From assembly GCA_045535075.1 (NCBI GenBank), contig JAZSKX010000018.1, positions 128,001-192,000 on the forward strand: DNA of 64,000 nucleotides, given 5' to 3'. This DNA comes from Candidatus Spyradenecus sp. (GTDB lineage Bacteria > Verrucomicrobiota > Verrucomicrobiia > Opitutales > UBA953). Made by a program: the position numbers and the translations under genes. The first letter of the stretch is position 1. Each line of letters begins with the position of its first letter. The notes under the pieces were generated by a model that was given only the letters and a program-made list of their open reading frames with translations, ran no database searches and was not told where the DNA came from. Below, piece after piece: positions 48,102-57,364 of the stretch.

Positions 48102-48659
48102 ATGAAATCCAAGATTACATCTGTTCTCATGCTTCTTGCTGCTCCGTTTTTTGCATTTGCGGAAACGCCGGCATCGGAAGCCGTTCCCGCTCCCGCAGAA
48201 AAGCCGGTCGTTTGCGAAAAAGCCAAGCCGAATAAAGGCGCTTTCGTACAACACATTTTGCTTTCTCTCAGCGACGAACAACTGAATGACCTCGCGCAAC
48301 GCGTCGCCGCCGTCCAAAAAATGACGCCGGAAGAAAAAGCGGAAGCCCGTAAGGCGCTCCCGAAACTCCCCATGCCGAAGAAAATGAAATGGGCTCCCGG
48401 CAAATGCTTCAAAGGGAAACCGGGATTCCACAAAGGACCGTGCGGCAAGCGCTTCCACCACGGCAAGCCCGGCTTCGGTCACGGCAAAGGTAAAGGGAAA
48501 TGCTGCGGCAAGCCCGGTATGCGCAAACACGGCAAGCCCGGCTTCCGCCACGGAAAAGGCAAGTTCCAAGGCAAGCCCGGCTTCGGTCACGGCAAAGGTA
48601 AAGGGTGCCCGAAACCGGCTCCGCAAGCCGTTCCGCAAGAACAGCCGAAAGCCGAATAA
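48102..48659 (+). CDS. Secreted hypothetical protein with a cationic G/K/H/P-rich repeat tail
   Basis: Signal peptide; LSDEQ/MTPEE motifs; repeated GKPGF(G/R)HGKGK; exact 36-bp DNA repeat at 48462-48497 and 48570-48605. Confidence 0.75.
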   Translation: MKSKITSVLMLLAAPFFAFAETPASEAVPAPAEKPVVCEKAKPNKGAFVQHILLSLSDEQLNDLAQRVAAVQKMTPEEKAEARKALPKLPMPKKMKWAPGKCFKGKPGFHKGPCGKRFHHGKPGFGHGKGKGKCCGKPGMRKHGKPGFRHGKGKFQGKPGFGHGKGKGCPKPAPQAVPQEQPKAE

Positions 48660-48672
48660 GCTTTTTGCTTAA

Positions 48673-48718
48673 ATAAAAAAAAACGTTCCCGTGATTGGTT
48701 CGCGGGAACGTTTTTTAT
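48673..48718. terminator. Bidirectional terminator built from an inverted motif pair
   Basis: aaaaaaacgttcccgtga...tcgcgggaacgtttttt. Confidence 0.85.
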
Positions 48719-48734
48719 TGAACAAGGTAAAACC

Positions 48735-50411
48735 TCAGATTCTGCGGGAACGATTGAACGCCGAAACAAGCGCGAGCAAGCCCGCAAGTTCGATATTCGT
48801 GTCGATGCCGCAACCCCAAAACACTTTACCGTCGCTGTCGCGGGAAATGGAAACATAGGCGGCAGATTCCGTTGCCGAGCCGGTTCCGATTGCGTGAGAG
48901 CGGTAATCGCGCAGAGTGAAGTTCTTCCAACCTTGCGAATGAATTGCCTTAACGAATGCGTTAATCGGACCGTTCCCGCTACCGGAAATGTGATGTTCCT
49001 GCCCCTGATAAACAACCGTCGCGTTGCAGGAGACCAAAGGCTTCTTTTCCGACGTGCTTTCAAAAACCTTCAGTTTGAGCGGATCGGAAACATTAACAAA
49101 GTGTTGCATGAACGCATCGTTAATTTCTTTCGGCGTGAGTTCCCGCCCGAGTTTGTCTGCAATGCCGCCGACGACTTCGCCGACAACCGGATGCATGAGC
49201 TTCGGCAAATCGATCCCGAAATCGCGGCCGAGAATGTAGGCGATCCCGCCCTTCCCGCTCTGCGAGTTGATGCGAATAATCGCTTCGTAGTTGGCGCCGA
49301 CATCGGTCGGGTCAATCGTCAGGTACGGCACGCGCCACGGAGCGTCCGTTCCCGCGTCGCGGCGCAGGTCCATGCCTTTTTTAATTGCGTCCTGATGCGA
49401 GCCGCTGAATGCCGTAAACACGAGATCGCCGCCGTACGGATGGCGCTCGGGAACGGTCATGCGCGTGCAACGTTCGTAAACTTCGCGAATTGCGGGAAGA
49501 TTATCGAATTTTAAACCGGTTTCGATGCCGTGCGTATACATATTGAGCGCGACGGTAACGATATCGAGATTGCCGGTGCGTTCGCCGTTGCCGAAAAGCG
49601 TGCCTTCGACGCGGTCTGCGCCTGCCATTAAGCCGAGTTCGGTTGCGGCGACGCCGGTCCCGCGGTCGTTGTGCGTGTGGAGCGAAATGATAACGGCTTC
49701 GCGATTGTCCAAGCCGTTTATAAACGCCTCAATCATATCGGCGTAAACGTTCGGAGTTGTCCACTGAACGGTTTCGGGGAGATTCAGAATGATCGGCTCT
49801 TCCTTGGTCGGCTGCCAAACGTCCATCACAGCTTTGCAGCATTCCAAGGCAAAATCGACTTCCGTATCGGAGAAACTTTCGGGCGAATATTCGAGCCGGA
49901 TTTTCGTTCCCGCGGCTTCGGGCAAAAGCGATTTGACAAGTTGCGCTCCTTCGACGGCGATTTGCTTAATCTGTTCTTTCGACGCGTTCCCGAAAGTTAC
50001 GCGGCGTTGAAGCGGCGACGTCGAATTATAGATGTGAACGATTGCCTGCTTCATTCCTCGGAGAGCCTCAAAGGTTCGGCGAATCAGATGTTCGCGGCAT
50101 TGAACGAGGACTTGAACCGTTACGTCGTCCGGAATCAGATTTTGTTCGACGAGCGTTCGCGCGAAAGTGAATTCCGTATCGGACGCGCTCGGGAAGCCGA
50201 TTTCGATTTCTTTGAATCCGATATCGCAAAGCATTTTAAACATCTCGATTTTTTCTTCGACGTTCATCGGAACGGCGAGCGACTGGTTCCCGTCGCGCAA
50301 ATCGACGCTACACCAAACGGCGGGTTTTGTAATCGAATTATTCGGCCATCGGCGATTCGGCAAATCAATCGTCGGGAACGGCGCGTATTTCGTAATTTTT
50401 TCGTGTTGCAT
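48735..50411 (-). CDS. leuA: 2-isopropylmalate synthase (yeast/actinobacterial type)
   Basis: WCSVDLRDGNQ, EYSPESF, SLHTHNDRG, FGNGERTGN, FSGSHQDAIKKG. Confidence 0.96.
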   Translation of the reverse strand: MQHEKITKYAPFPTIDLPNRRWPNNSITKPAVWCSVDLRDGNQSLAVPMNVEEKIEMFKMLCDIGFKEIEIGFPSASDTEFTFARTLVEQNLIPDDVTVQVLVQCREHLIRRTFEALRGMKQAIVHIYNSTSPLQRRVTFGNASKEQIKQIAVEGAQLVKSLLPEAAGTKIRLEYSPESFSDTEVDFALECCKAVMDVWQPTKEEPIILNLPETVQWTTPNVYADMIEAFINGLDNREAVIISLHTHNDRGTGVAATELGLMAGADRVEGTLFGNGERTGNLDIVTVALNMYTHGIETGLKFDNLPAIREVYERCTRMTVPERHPYGGDLVFTAFSGSHQDAIKKGMDLRRDAGTDAPWRVPYLTIDPTDVGANYEAIIRINSQSGKGGIAYILGRDFGIDLPKLMHPVVGEVVGGIADKLGRELTPKEINDAFMQHFVNVSDPLKLKVFESTSEKKPLVSCNATVVYQGQEHHISGSGNGPINAFVKAIHSQGWKNFTLRDYRSHAIGTGSATESAAYVSISRDSDGKVFWGCGIDTNIELAGLLALVSAFNRSRRI

Positions 50412-50539
50412 AAATTATATTTTTTAAAGGTTTTTAAAAATGCCGTGCGTCAAAAATCGCAAAGCGGAAGATTGTTTTTTCGGGAACGTTCCCGTAAGTT
50501 CGGCGTTGAAAAGCGGTCGCCTAAGCCGCAGAAAAAAGC

Positions 50540-50602
50540 TTACTCCCCCACGGGGAGAAGCAAAAAATCAAGACGAAGTCGGCTGTCGTTGAAAAAAATC
50601 AC
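50540..50602 (-). promoter_or_regulatory. Putative Leu-rich leader peptide / attenuator of leuA
   Basis: GTG-start 20-codon ORF MIFFNDSRLRLDFLLLPVGE (5 Leu in 8 codons) overlapping hairpin GCTTCTCCCC-GTG-GGGGAGTAAGC plus T6; TTGACA -35 upstream. Confidence 0.6.
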
Positions 50603-50709
50603 GTTGGGTAAGAAAATCTCGCTTTTCCGGGAACTTGTCAAGAGCGCGTTCCCGCCGAGTCGATTTCAAGATTGCTTAAGCAGAGACTTCGCTTAAACTT
50701 TATCGAATC

Positions 50710-51525
50710 ATGAGAGCCGCGAAACCCAAGGCAGACGTTCCCGCACTAACAACAAAAATTCAACCTTCCGAAGACGGGCTTATCCATATCGATAAAGATT
50801 TCGTCGCCGCGTTGCCGTTGCTTCAGTATGAGGGAAAAATCGAGCTCATTACCGACGAAAAAGCAGCAAAAAAAGCGGTTAAGGCACTTATGAAGGAAGA
50901 CGTGCTCGGCTTTGACACGGAAACCCGTCCCAGTTTCAGCCGCGGGAACTCTTACCTGACTTCGCTCGTCCAGCTTTGCGGAAGAAAATGCGCCTACCTT
51001 TTCCGCCTTGATTATTGCGGCGGCGTTCCCGTGCTTTTTCCGATTTTTGAAAATCCGGACATTCTCAAAGTCGGTGTTGCCGTTAAGGAAGATGTTTTGC
51101 ATCTGAAAAAGCGTGCGCCTTTTGATGATGCCGGATTCGCGGACGCCAGCACTTACACGCGAAAAGCCAAGATCGAAAACACCGGTTTGCGTGCGCTCTG
51201 CGCTTATTTCTTGGGCGGGAGAATTTCCAAAAATGCGCAAGTCTCCAATTGGGCGGCAAAGACGCTGAGCGAACAGCAGATTATTTATGCGGCAACGGAT
51301 GCATGGATTAGCCGCGAACTGTTCCTAAAACTGCGGGAGCTCGGGATTGCGCCTCAAAAGATTTCACGCAAATCAATCTGTGAACCGGAACCGAAAAAAA
51401 TCGTTCCCGTAAAAAAAGAACCCAAAGGCTTCGACATGGCGGAAGTCCTCGGCGAAACCGCTTCCAAAAGACGGCGAGGACGCGGGAGAAGGAGAAATTC
51501 TACAAAAACGGACACCGCCGCATAG
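50710..51525 (+). CDS. 3'-5' exonuclease (DEDDy, WRN/RNase D-like)
   Basis: LGFDTETRP, LVQL, KVGV, SNW, QIIYAATDAW. Confidence 0.9.
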   Translation: MRAAKPKADVPALTTKIQPSEDGLIHIDKDFVAALPLLQYEGKIELITDEKAAKKAVKALMKEDVLGFDTETRPSFSRGNSYLTSLVQLCGRKCAYLFRLDYCGGVPVLFPIFENPDILKVGVAVKEDVLHLKKRAPFDDAGFADASTYTRKAKIENTGLRALCAYFLGGRISKNAQVSNWAAKTLSEQQIIYAATDAWISRELFLKLRELGIAPQKISRKSICEPEPKKIVPVKKEPKGFDMAEVLGETASKRRRGRGRRRNSTKTDTAA

Positions 51526-51600
51526 CGGGAATCCGAAAATCGGCATGACTGCCGTTCCCGTCACATTTGCTTCTTTATCAAAGCAAGCAATTACTCCTAT

Positions 51601-51640
51601 AAAAAAACGTTCCCGCAAGATGCTTTACGGGAACGTTTTT
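51601..51640. terminator. Bidirectional terminator built from an inverted motif pair
   Basis: aaaaaaacgttcccgcaa...ttacgggaacgttttt. Confidence 0.85.
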
Positions 51641-51644
51641 CTCC

Positions 51645-51923
51645 TTAGCGGCGGCGGGGTGCAGGGCGTGCGGGCGTTGCGCCGACCGGTTTCGGTGCAG
51701 AGCTACGGAGGCGATAAGTGATACGCGCCTGCGTAATATCTTTCGGATCCATTTCAACGCGCACCGTGTCACCGACAAAAATTTTGATAAAGTTTTTGCG
51801 AAGCTTCCCGGAAATATGCCCGAGAACAACGTGCTTGTTCGGGAGTTCAATACGGAACATCGTTCCCGGAAGAACCGCCACGATTTTACCTTCTAATTCG
51901 ATAAGACCTTCAGAATTCGCCAT
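51645..51923 (-). CDS. infA: Translation initiation factor IF-1
   Basis: IELEGKIVAVLPGTMFRIEL...GHISGKLRKNFIKI..GDTVRVE...RITYR. Confidence 0.95.
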   Translation of the reverse strand: MANSEGLIELEGKIVAVLPGTMFRIELPNKHVVLGHISGKLRKNFIKIFVGDTVRVEMDPKDITQARITYRLRSSAPKPVGATPARPAPRRR

Positions 51924-52077
51924 GTATAGTTGTAATGTTTCAGAAAAATTAAAGTTTTATAATCTTATTTCAATTACATCGCGTCAACGGAGAACTTACG
52001 GGCGTTCCCGCAAGCAATTTTTCGGTTCGCATTATTCGTAGTTTCAATTCTTTTCCCTAATCGCTAGACTCGTCGGC

Positions 52078-52419
52078 ATGAAAACTTTATTTCAAAAAAT
52101 CGCCGATCGAGAAATTCCGGCAAAGATTGTTTTTGAAGACGATCTGTGTTTCGCGATCGAAGACATCAATCCGCAAGCGCCCGTTCACATTCTCGTCATC
52201 CCGAAACGCGTTATTTCGCGCCTCGGGAACGCCGGAGAAAGCGATGCCGCCCTGCTCGGGCATTTACTCGTCGCCGCCGCGAACATTGCGCGGGAACGCG
52301 GGATTGACGCGAGCGGATTCCGCACCGTTATCAACAGCGGGCGCGACGCGGGAGAGACCGTCCCGCACCTGCATGTTCACCTTCTCGGCGGGCGCCCGCT
52401 TGCGTGGCCTCCGGGCTGA
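52078..52419 (+). CDS. Histidine triad (HINT) nucleotide-binding protein
   Basis: DINPQAPVH, HLHVHLLGGR..WPPG. Confidence 0.93.
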   Translation: MKTLFQKIADREIPAKIVFEDDLCFAIEDINPQAPVHILVIPKRVISRLGNAGESDAALLGHLLVAAANIARERGIDASGFRTVINSGRDAGETVPHLHVHLLGGRPLAWPPG

Positions 52420-52501
52420 TTAAATTTTCGCCGTTGACTTCCTTTACAAAAAACGTTTTCATTCGACGCTTCAAATAATTTCACTTTATTAACAGACCGC
52501 A

Positions 52502-52774
52502 ATGGCCAACATCAAGTCAGCACAAAAGAACATTCGTAAATCCGCGACCAATGCGAAGCGCAACCGCTCCGTGAAGAGCCGCATTAAGACCGTCGCTAAA
52601 AACGCGAAGCAGGCAATTGCTTCCGGCAATGCGGAAACCCTCAAGGCAGTAACGCCGATCTGCGCGTCCGCGTTTGACAAGGCGACGAAATCCGGAGTTA
52701 TCCACCCGAACAAGGCCGCGCGCATGAAATCGCGCCTTGCGAAAGCCGCCAACAAGGTTGCCGCCGCTCAATAA
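52502..52774 (+). CDS. rpsT: 30S ribosomal protein S20
   Basis: MANIKSAQK...IHPNKAARMKSRL. Confidence 0.96.
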   Translation: MANIKSAQKNIRKSATNAKRNRSVKSRIKTVAKNAKQAIASGNAETLKAVTPICASAFDKATKSGVIHPNKAARMKSRLAKAANKVAAAQ

Positions 52775-52837
52775 ATTCTTTTTCAACGAAAGCAGCTCTC
52801 TTTCTTCACGGGAAGAGAGCTTTTTTCGTAAATAACG

Positions 52838-53620
52838 ATGGCGATTCCCACACATTTAAGTTTTCCGCCCGGAACACTTTCGGAGAGTGCGATGCGTCTT
52901 GCAATTCTCCACGCTTCTGCGGGAACGGTCGCGCTTGAAAAGCCGGCGGGAACTTCGGAAATCGGCAATTTATTTCGCGCACAAATTACCGAGGGGAAAC
53001 CGTCGGCATGTGCACTCGGAATCACCCGCCCGCAACTCGTTTTTGCTCCCGAGTCCGAAATCTCCGGCATTCAAATTTATGCGGACAAAGATTCCGGCGC
53101 GCTTGAAATTTGGAAGAACACGCTCGGCTCAGCTCTATTCAAATTCCGTTACGTTTTTCTGACACGCCCGTTGCCGAAAAATTCGAACGAAGAAGCATTC
53201 GCCTGCGCTCTTCCCGTTGCCCAACACGTTTCCAAACCGATCGCACTCATTTCAAATACGACGGGGAAGAAATCGGAAACCGTTTTCCGCCGCCTCGAAA
53301 AGATCTCGGGCTTTGAATTTTGGGAAGCGGTAACGGCGTTCCCGCGATTTCATCAAATCCGCTTGCACGCCCGGGAATGTAGCCTGCCGATTGTCGGCGA
53401 CACGCTTTACGGCGGCGTTCCCGCGATTCGCGTTTCGGAATTGCGCCCGAAAAAACGACTTAACAAAGGCGAAGACAAGCCGCTTTACGCACCGATTTGC
53501 CTACACCTTGCGTCCGTTTCTCTTAAAACCGACGTTCCCGGCATTGAAAAATGCACCATCGAAGCGCCGTTGCCGAACGGCTTTGAAACGCTCTTGAAAA
53601 AATTGAGAACTCGCATTTAA
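52838..53620 (+). CDS. RluA-family pseudouridine synthase-like protein, catalytic motif degenerate
   Basis: EKPAG, HQIRLH, PIVGDTLYG, CLHL retained; HRLD reads FAPE. Confidence 0.75.
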   Translation: MAIPTHLSFPPGTLSESAMRLAILHASAGTVALEKPAGTSEIGNLFRAQITEGKPSACALGITRPQLVFAPESEISGIQIYADKDSGALEIWKNTLGSALFKFRYVFLTRPLPKNSNEEAFACALPVAQHVSKPIALISNTTGKKSETVFRRLEKISGFEFWEAVTAFPRFHQIRLHARECSLPIVGDTLYGGVPAIRVSELRPKKRLNKGEDKPLYAPICLHLASVSLKTDVPGIEKCTIEAPLPNGFETLLKKLRTRI

Positions 53621-54552
53621 TGCCCGGCATGAAAATCGGTTTTTTCGCATTTATCGGCTTTTTTATAACAATTGCGGGAACGCTCTTTGCCGATGAAGTC
53701 CCGAAAATCCGGGTTGTTGCAAGCTTTACCGTTCCCGCCGACTGGGTTCACCAGGTCGCCGGCAGCCGCGCCGAAGTCATCTCGCTCGTCCCCGCAAACG
53801 CCGACAATCATGCCTACCAGCCTTCACCGGGCGACCTAAAGAAAATCCGAAACGCCGATTTCGTCTTCGCGATTTCCCCTAAATTCGAAACTTGGTTAGA
53901 CGCCGTTTCCCGCAACGAACGGACAAAAAATCCCGAGAAATTTATTTTTCTAGGAGAATCCTTGCTTGGGGACAACATCGCCTGTGCCTGCGGTCATCAT
54001 CACCACGACCACGCACACGGAGAAATCTCCGACCCGCATTTTTGGACGGATCCGCGCCTTGTTGCCGAGCACTGCATTCCGATTATCGAAAAAGTACTCA
54101 ACGCCGACGGGACGCACTTCCGGCAAGCGCTCGCAAAATTCGAACGCGACGCCCATGAAGCGCTTGAGAAAATCCCGCCCGAACGCCGGAAAATCGTTAC
54201 TTACCACAATAATATGACGCATTTTGCCAAGCGCTTCGGCTTTGAAATCGCGGGAACGATTCTCACGTCTTCAAGCACGGAGGCTGCAGACCCGTCAGCC
54301 AAAACGCTCGCCCGGCTCAGCCGAAAAATCCGAGAAGAAAATATTCCGATTTTCACCGACAATACGGTTTCCTCGCGGCTTCCCGCGACCTTGGCAAAAA
54401 GCGCCGGAGTCGCCGAACCGATTATTTTGCGCGTCGACGCGCTCGATGTTCCCGGGATGCCGGCAGACTCTTACCTCGGCATGTTACGGGAAAATCTTCG
54501 CGCGCTTCTTACCGCATGCAACGGACAAAACAGCGACAAATCAAATCGCTAG
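53620..54552 (+). CDS. Zn/Mn ABC transporter substrate-binding protein (ZnuA/TroA family)
   Basis: DNHAYQPSP, His-rich loop CACGHHHHDHAH, DPHFWTDP, TYHN. Confidence 0.9.
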   Translation: MPGMKIGFFAFIGFFITIAGTLFADEVPKIRVVASFTVPADWVHQVAGSRAEVISLVPANADNHAYQPSPGDLKKIRNADFVFAISPKFETWLDAVSRNERTKNPEKFIFLGESLLGDNIACACGHHHHDHAHGEISDPHFWTDPRLVAEHCIPIIEKVLNADGTHFRQALAKFERDAHEALEKIPPERRKIVTYHNNMTHFAKRFGFEIAGTILTSSSTEAADPSAKTLARLSRKIREENIPIFTDNTVSSRLPATLAKSAGVAEPIILRVDALDVPGMPADSYLGMLRENLRALLTACNGQNSDKSNR

Positions 54553-55946
54553 AAAATCCGGAAAAAGAAACGAGAAAGTTTTTTGAACAAGGAGTTTTGA
54601 GCTTTCTTCATCATCCATGTTTCCGCAACGCGTTTGCTCAGGAATCCCATGGTCGGGAAAGAATGCTGCAGGAAAAGCAAATCCGTGATGCGTAATTTTT
54701 TCTGAACGGCAAGAGCCCATTCGTTAATCATTTCACCCGATCCTTCGCCGACGATACAAGCTCCGAGAATCCGTCCGGAATATCCGATAAACGCTTTAAC
54801 GAATCCTGCGGGAACGCCCTCAACGATTGCAGCCCCGTAATCCTCATAGCGACAGACAACGGTTTCAAAGCGCGTTCCCGTACGTCGAAGTTCCTCTTCT
54901 CCCATGCCGACTTCAGAAACTTGAGGCTCCGTAAACATTGTCGACGGGACGGCATATTTTCTGAAATCCCGCCTCAAAAACCGCGGAGACATTGCATTGA
55001 TCAACGCAATCATTCCCTGATGCATCGCAGCATGAGAAAAAAGATGCGCACCGTTGCAATCTCCGACTGCAAAGATATTTGCCCGAGTCGTTTGCAAAAA
55101 TTTATTGACGCGAATATTTCCGCGTACATCAAGCGCGACCCCGGCGTTTTCAAGTTTCATCGCCGAATAATCGAAACGCCTTCCCGCCGCGGCAAGAATT
55201 TTCTCGGCGCGGACAACATCTCCTCCGTCCGTCGTCAATTCAATCTCTCCGTCGATCTCCCTTACCTCCTTCGGAAGCCTTCCCGTAAGCACCGTAATTC
55301 CTTCTTTGCGGAATTGCTCCCGAACAATCTCCGCCGCCTCTCTATCTCTTCGGCTCAAAATTCGGCTACTTCGTTGAATCATTGTTATGCGGCACCCGAG
55401 CCGGGCAAATGCTTGCGCCATTTCGCAGGCAATTGCCCCGCCTCCGAGAATAATCATGCTTTTCGGAACCTCTTTAAGCGCAAACAATGTTTCGTTGGTG
55501 AGAAAATTAATCTTTTCCGCTCCGGGAAACTTCGGAAGATCCGGTCGCGTTCCCGCGGCAATAAAAATTCTGCGTGCCGTCTTGCGCTCTCCGTTTACTT
55601 CAATTGTATGCCCGTCGACAAAATGCGCTTCGCCGAAAATAACGGGAATATTCTCGAAAAGATTTTTTGTTTTTTTCTCTCCGATAAACTTTAAGTGTTC
55701 GCGGATTTGGTCAAAAGGCTGAAAAGCCGCTTCCGGCGAATCGCCCAAAATATCGCGAACCGTTTTCAGTCGCTTCGCAAAACGCAAAATCCCTTTACTG
55801 GGAATACACCCGACATTCATACATTCCCCTCCAATGCGTTCCCGCTCCACGCCAAGGACGTTCAATCCCATCGTCGCTCCCATAAGTGAAACCGCCATAC
55901 CGGCAGGACCGAGCCCGATACAAATCAAATCATAATCGTATTTCAT
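54549..55946 (-). CDS. Class I pyridine nucleotide-disulfide oxidoreductase (MerA/RclA-like)
   Basis: GLGPAG, GGECMNVGCIPSK, GGGAIACE, FAVGDC; no C-terminal Cys pair. Confidence 0.88.
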   Translation of the reverse strand: MKYDYDLICIGLGPAGMAVSLMGATMGLNVLGVERERIGGECMNVGCIPSKGILRFAKRLKTVRDILGDSPEAAFQPFDQIREHLKFIGEKKTKNLFENIPVIFGEAHFVDGHTIEVNGERKTARRIFIAAGTRPDLPKFPGAEKINFLTNETLFALKEVPKSMIILGGGAIACEMAQAFARLGCRITMIQRSSRILSRRDREAAEIVREQFRKEGITVLTGRLPKEVREIDGEIELTTDGGDVVRAEKILAAAGRRFDYSAMKLENAGVALDVRGNIRVNKFLQTTRANIFAVGDCNGAHLFSHAAMHQGMIALINAMSPRFLRRDFRKYAVPSTMFTEPQVSEVGMGEEELRRTGTRFETVVCRYEDYGAAIVEGVPAGFVKAFIGYSGRILGACIVGEGSGEMINEWALAVQKKLRITDLLFLQHSFPTMGFLSKRVAETWMMKKAQNSLFKKLSRFFFRIF

Positions 55947-55957
55947 AATTCAAATAT

Positions 55958-55973
55958 ATGATTATATAATCAT
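55958..55973. promoter_or_regulatory. Perfect 16-bp palindrome, candidate ArsR-family operator
   Basis: ATGATTATATAATCAT between the divergent oxidoreductase and ArsR genes, just downstream of a minus-strand TTGACG. Confidence 0.65.
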
Positions 55974-56047
55974 TTAACGTCAAGCAACCTTCTTTACGGG
56001 ATTCAAACTTTATTTTCATATGAGCAAACGATAATATTAAAGAAACC

Positions 56048-56437
56048 ATGACAGAAGAATCTCCGGACAAACACGCATTACTTAGCGACGACGCGCTTGT
56101 ACTCATCGCGGAAAAATTATCTGCGATGGGCGAACCTTTACGCCTGAAGCTCTTAAATTTGCTGTGTTGCGAGGGCGAACTCAATGTCACGGAACTTGTC
56201 TTTAAGAGCGGCGGGCAACAGGCAAATATTTCCCGGCACTTGGCAAAACTCCACTCCGCCGGGCTTGTCAAACGCCGCAAGGAGGGCATCCAGGTCTATT
56301 ATTCACTGGCGGACGATTCGCTTCCCGCGATTTGCGAATGCCTCTGCCGCACGACAAAAAACAATCTCAAAAAACTCTCCGGCTATTTTCTCGAACAAAA
56401 ACCGCCGCAGAGCGAGCATCTTCACTCCAAATCTTAA
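56048..56437 (+). CDS. ArsR/SmtB family transcriptional regulator
   Basis: MGEPLRLKLL, ELNVTEL, QANISRHLAKL..AGLV.RRKEG..VYYSL. Confidence 0.92.
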   Translation: MTEESPDKHALLSDDALVLIAEKLSAMGEPLRLKLLNLLCCEGELNVTELVFKSGGQQANISRHLAKLHSAGLVKRRKEGIQVYYSLADDSLPAICECLCRTTKNNLKKLSGYFLEQKPPQSEHLHSKS

Positions 56438-56508
56438 CAAAACGATAGTTCCCGCCTGCAAAATTTTGCTTTTTTTCGCGGGAAGGAAGGATTAGAATTA
56501 CATTAATT

Positions 56509-57045
56509 ATGGTCGAAAATGCCTTATTTTACCTGTTTGCCGCGTTCACTCTCGTGAGCGGCTTGCTTGTCATTATCAACCGCAAGCCGGTCAACGCCGC
56601 GATGGCGATGATTCTCACGATTGTCGGCGTTGCCGCGAACTTCTTCCTGCTCAATGCACCGTTTTTGGCGACTCTGCTGATTATGGTTTACGCGGGCGCG
56701 GTCATCGTGCTTTTCCTGTTCGTTATTATGCTCATGGACCCGGATTTGAAACCGTTGAAAGCTGGCTGGATGAAAACAGCGCTTGGCGGTGCCGTTTTCT
56801 TTGTTTTAGCGACGGCGGGAGCGGTTTGGCTGTTCCAATTCTCCGGCGCCCTTCCCGCAGAAACGGTAACGGAAGCACCGGAAAACGCCATCGCCTATTC
56901 GGCGGATGCCAAGGTTTTCGGACAAATTCTTTTCACAAAATATGCACTGTTGATTGAAGCCGTCGCGCTTCTCCTGCTCGCCGCCATGGCTGCGGTTTTC
57001 ATGTTGCACGCACGCCGTCGCACGCTCCCGCAGGACGCTCAATAA
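56509..57045 (+). CDS. nuoJ: NADH-quinone oxidoreductase subunit J
   Basis: VYAGAVIVLFLFVIML; FGQILFTKY..LIE. Confidence 0.9.
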   Translation: MVENALFYLFAAFTLVSGLLVIINRKPVNAAMAMILTIVGVAANFFLLNAPFLATLLIMVYAGAVIVLFLFVIMLMDPDLKPLKAGWMKTALGGAVFFVLATAGAVWLFQFSGALPAETVTEAPENAIAYSADAKVFGQILFTKYALLIEAVALLLLAAMAAVFMLHARRRTLPQDAQ

Positions 57046-57064
57046 CCCTTTTCTTCTATCGACA

Positions 57065-57364
57065 ATGGATCTCGCCAATTTTCTGATTCTTTCGGGAGCG
57101 CTTTTCGCCGTCGGACTGACGGGAGCGCTCGTTCGCCGCAACATTCTCGTGGTTTACATGTCGCTCGAAATCATGCTGACGGCAGCCATGCTCACGCTCG
57201 TTTCGTTTGCAAAATACACAAACACGATGGAAGGCGCGGTTTTCTGCTTCTTCATTATCGCTATTGCGGCGGCGGAAGTCGCAGTCGGGCTCGCGCTCAT
57301 CGTTGCATTTTTCCGCAAGCGCCAGACGGCATCGCTCGATGAACTCAACAATTTGAAAAACTAA
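57065..57364 (+). CDS. nuoK: NADH-quinone oxidoreductase subunit K
   Basis: RRNILVVYMSLEIML; AAAEVAVGLAL. Confidence 0.93.
   Translation: MDLANFLILSGALFAVGLTGALVRRNILVVYMSLEIMLTAAMLTLVSFAKYTNTMEGAVFCFFIIAIAAAEVAVGLALIVAFFRKRQTASLDELNNLKN

Noticed and set aside
54549..55946. Mercuric reductase merA call
   Set aside because: No NmerA domain, no C-terminal Cys-Cys, no mer operon.
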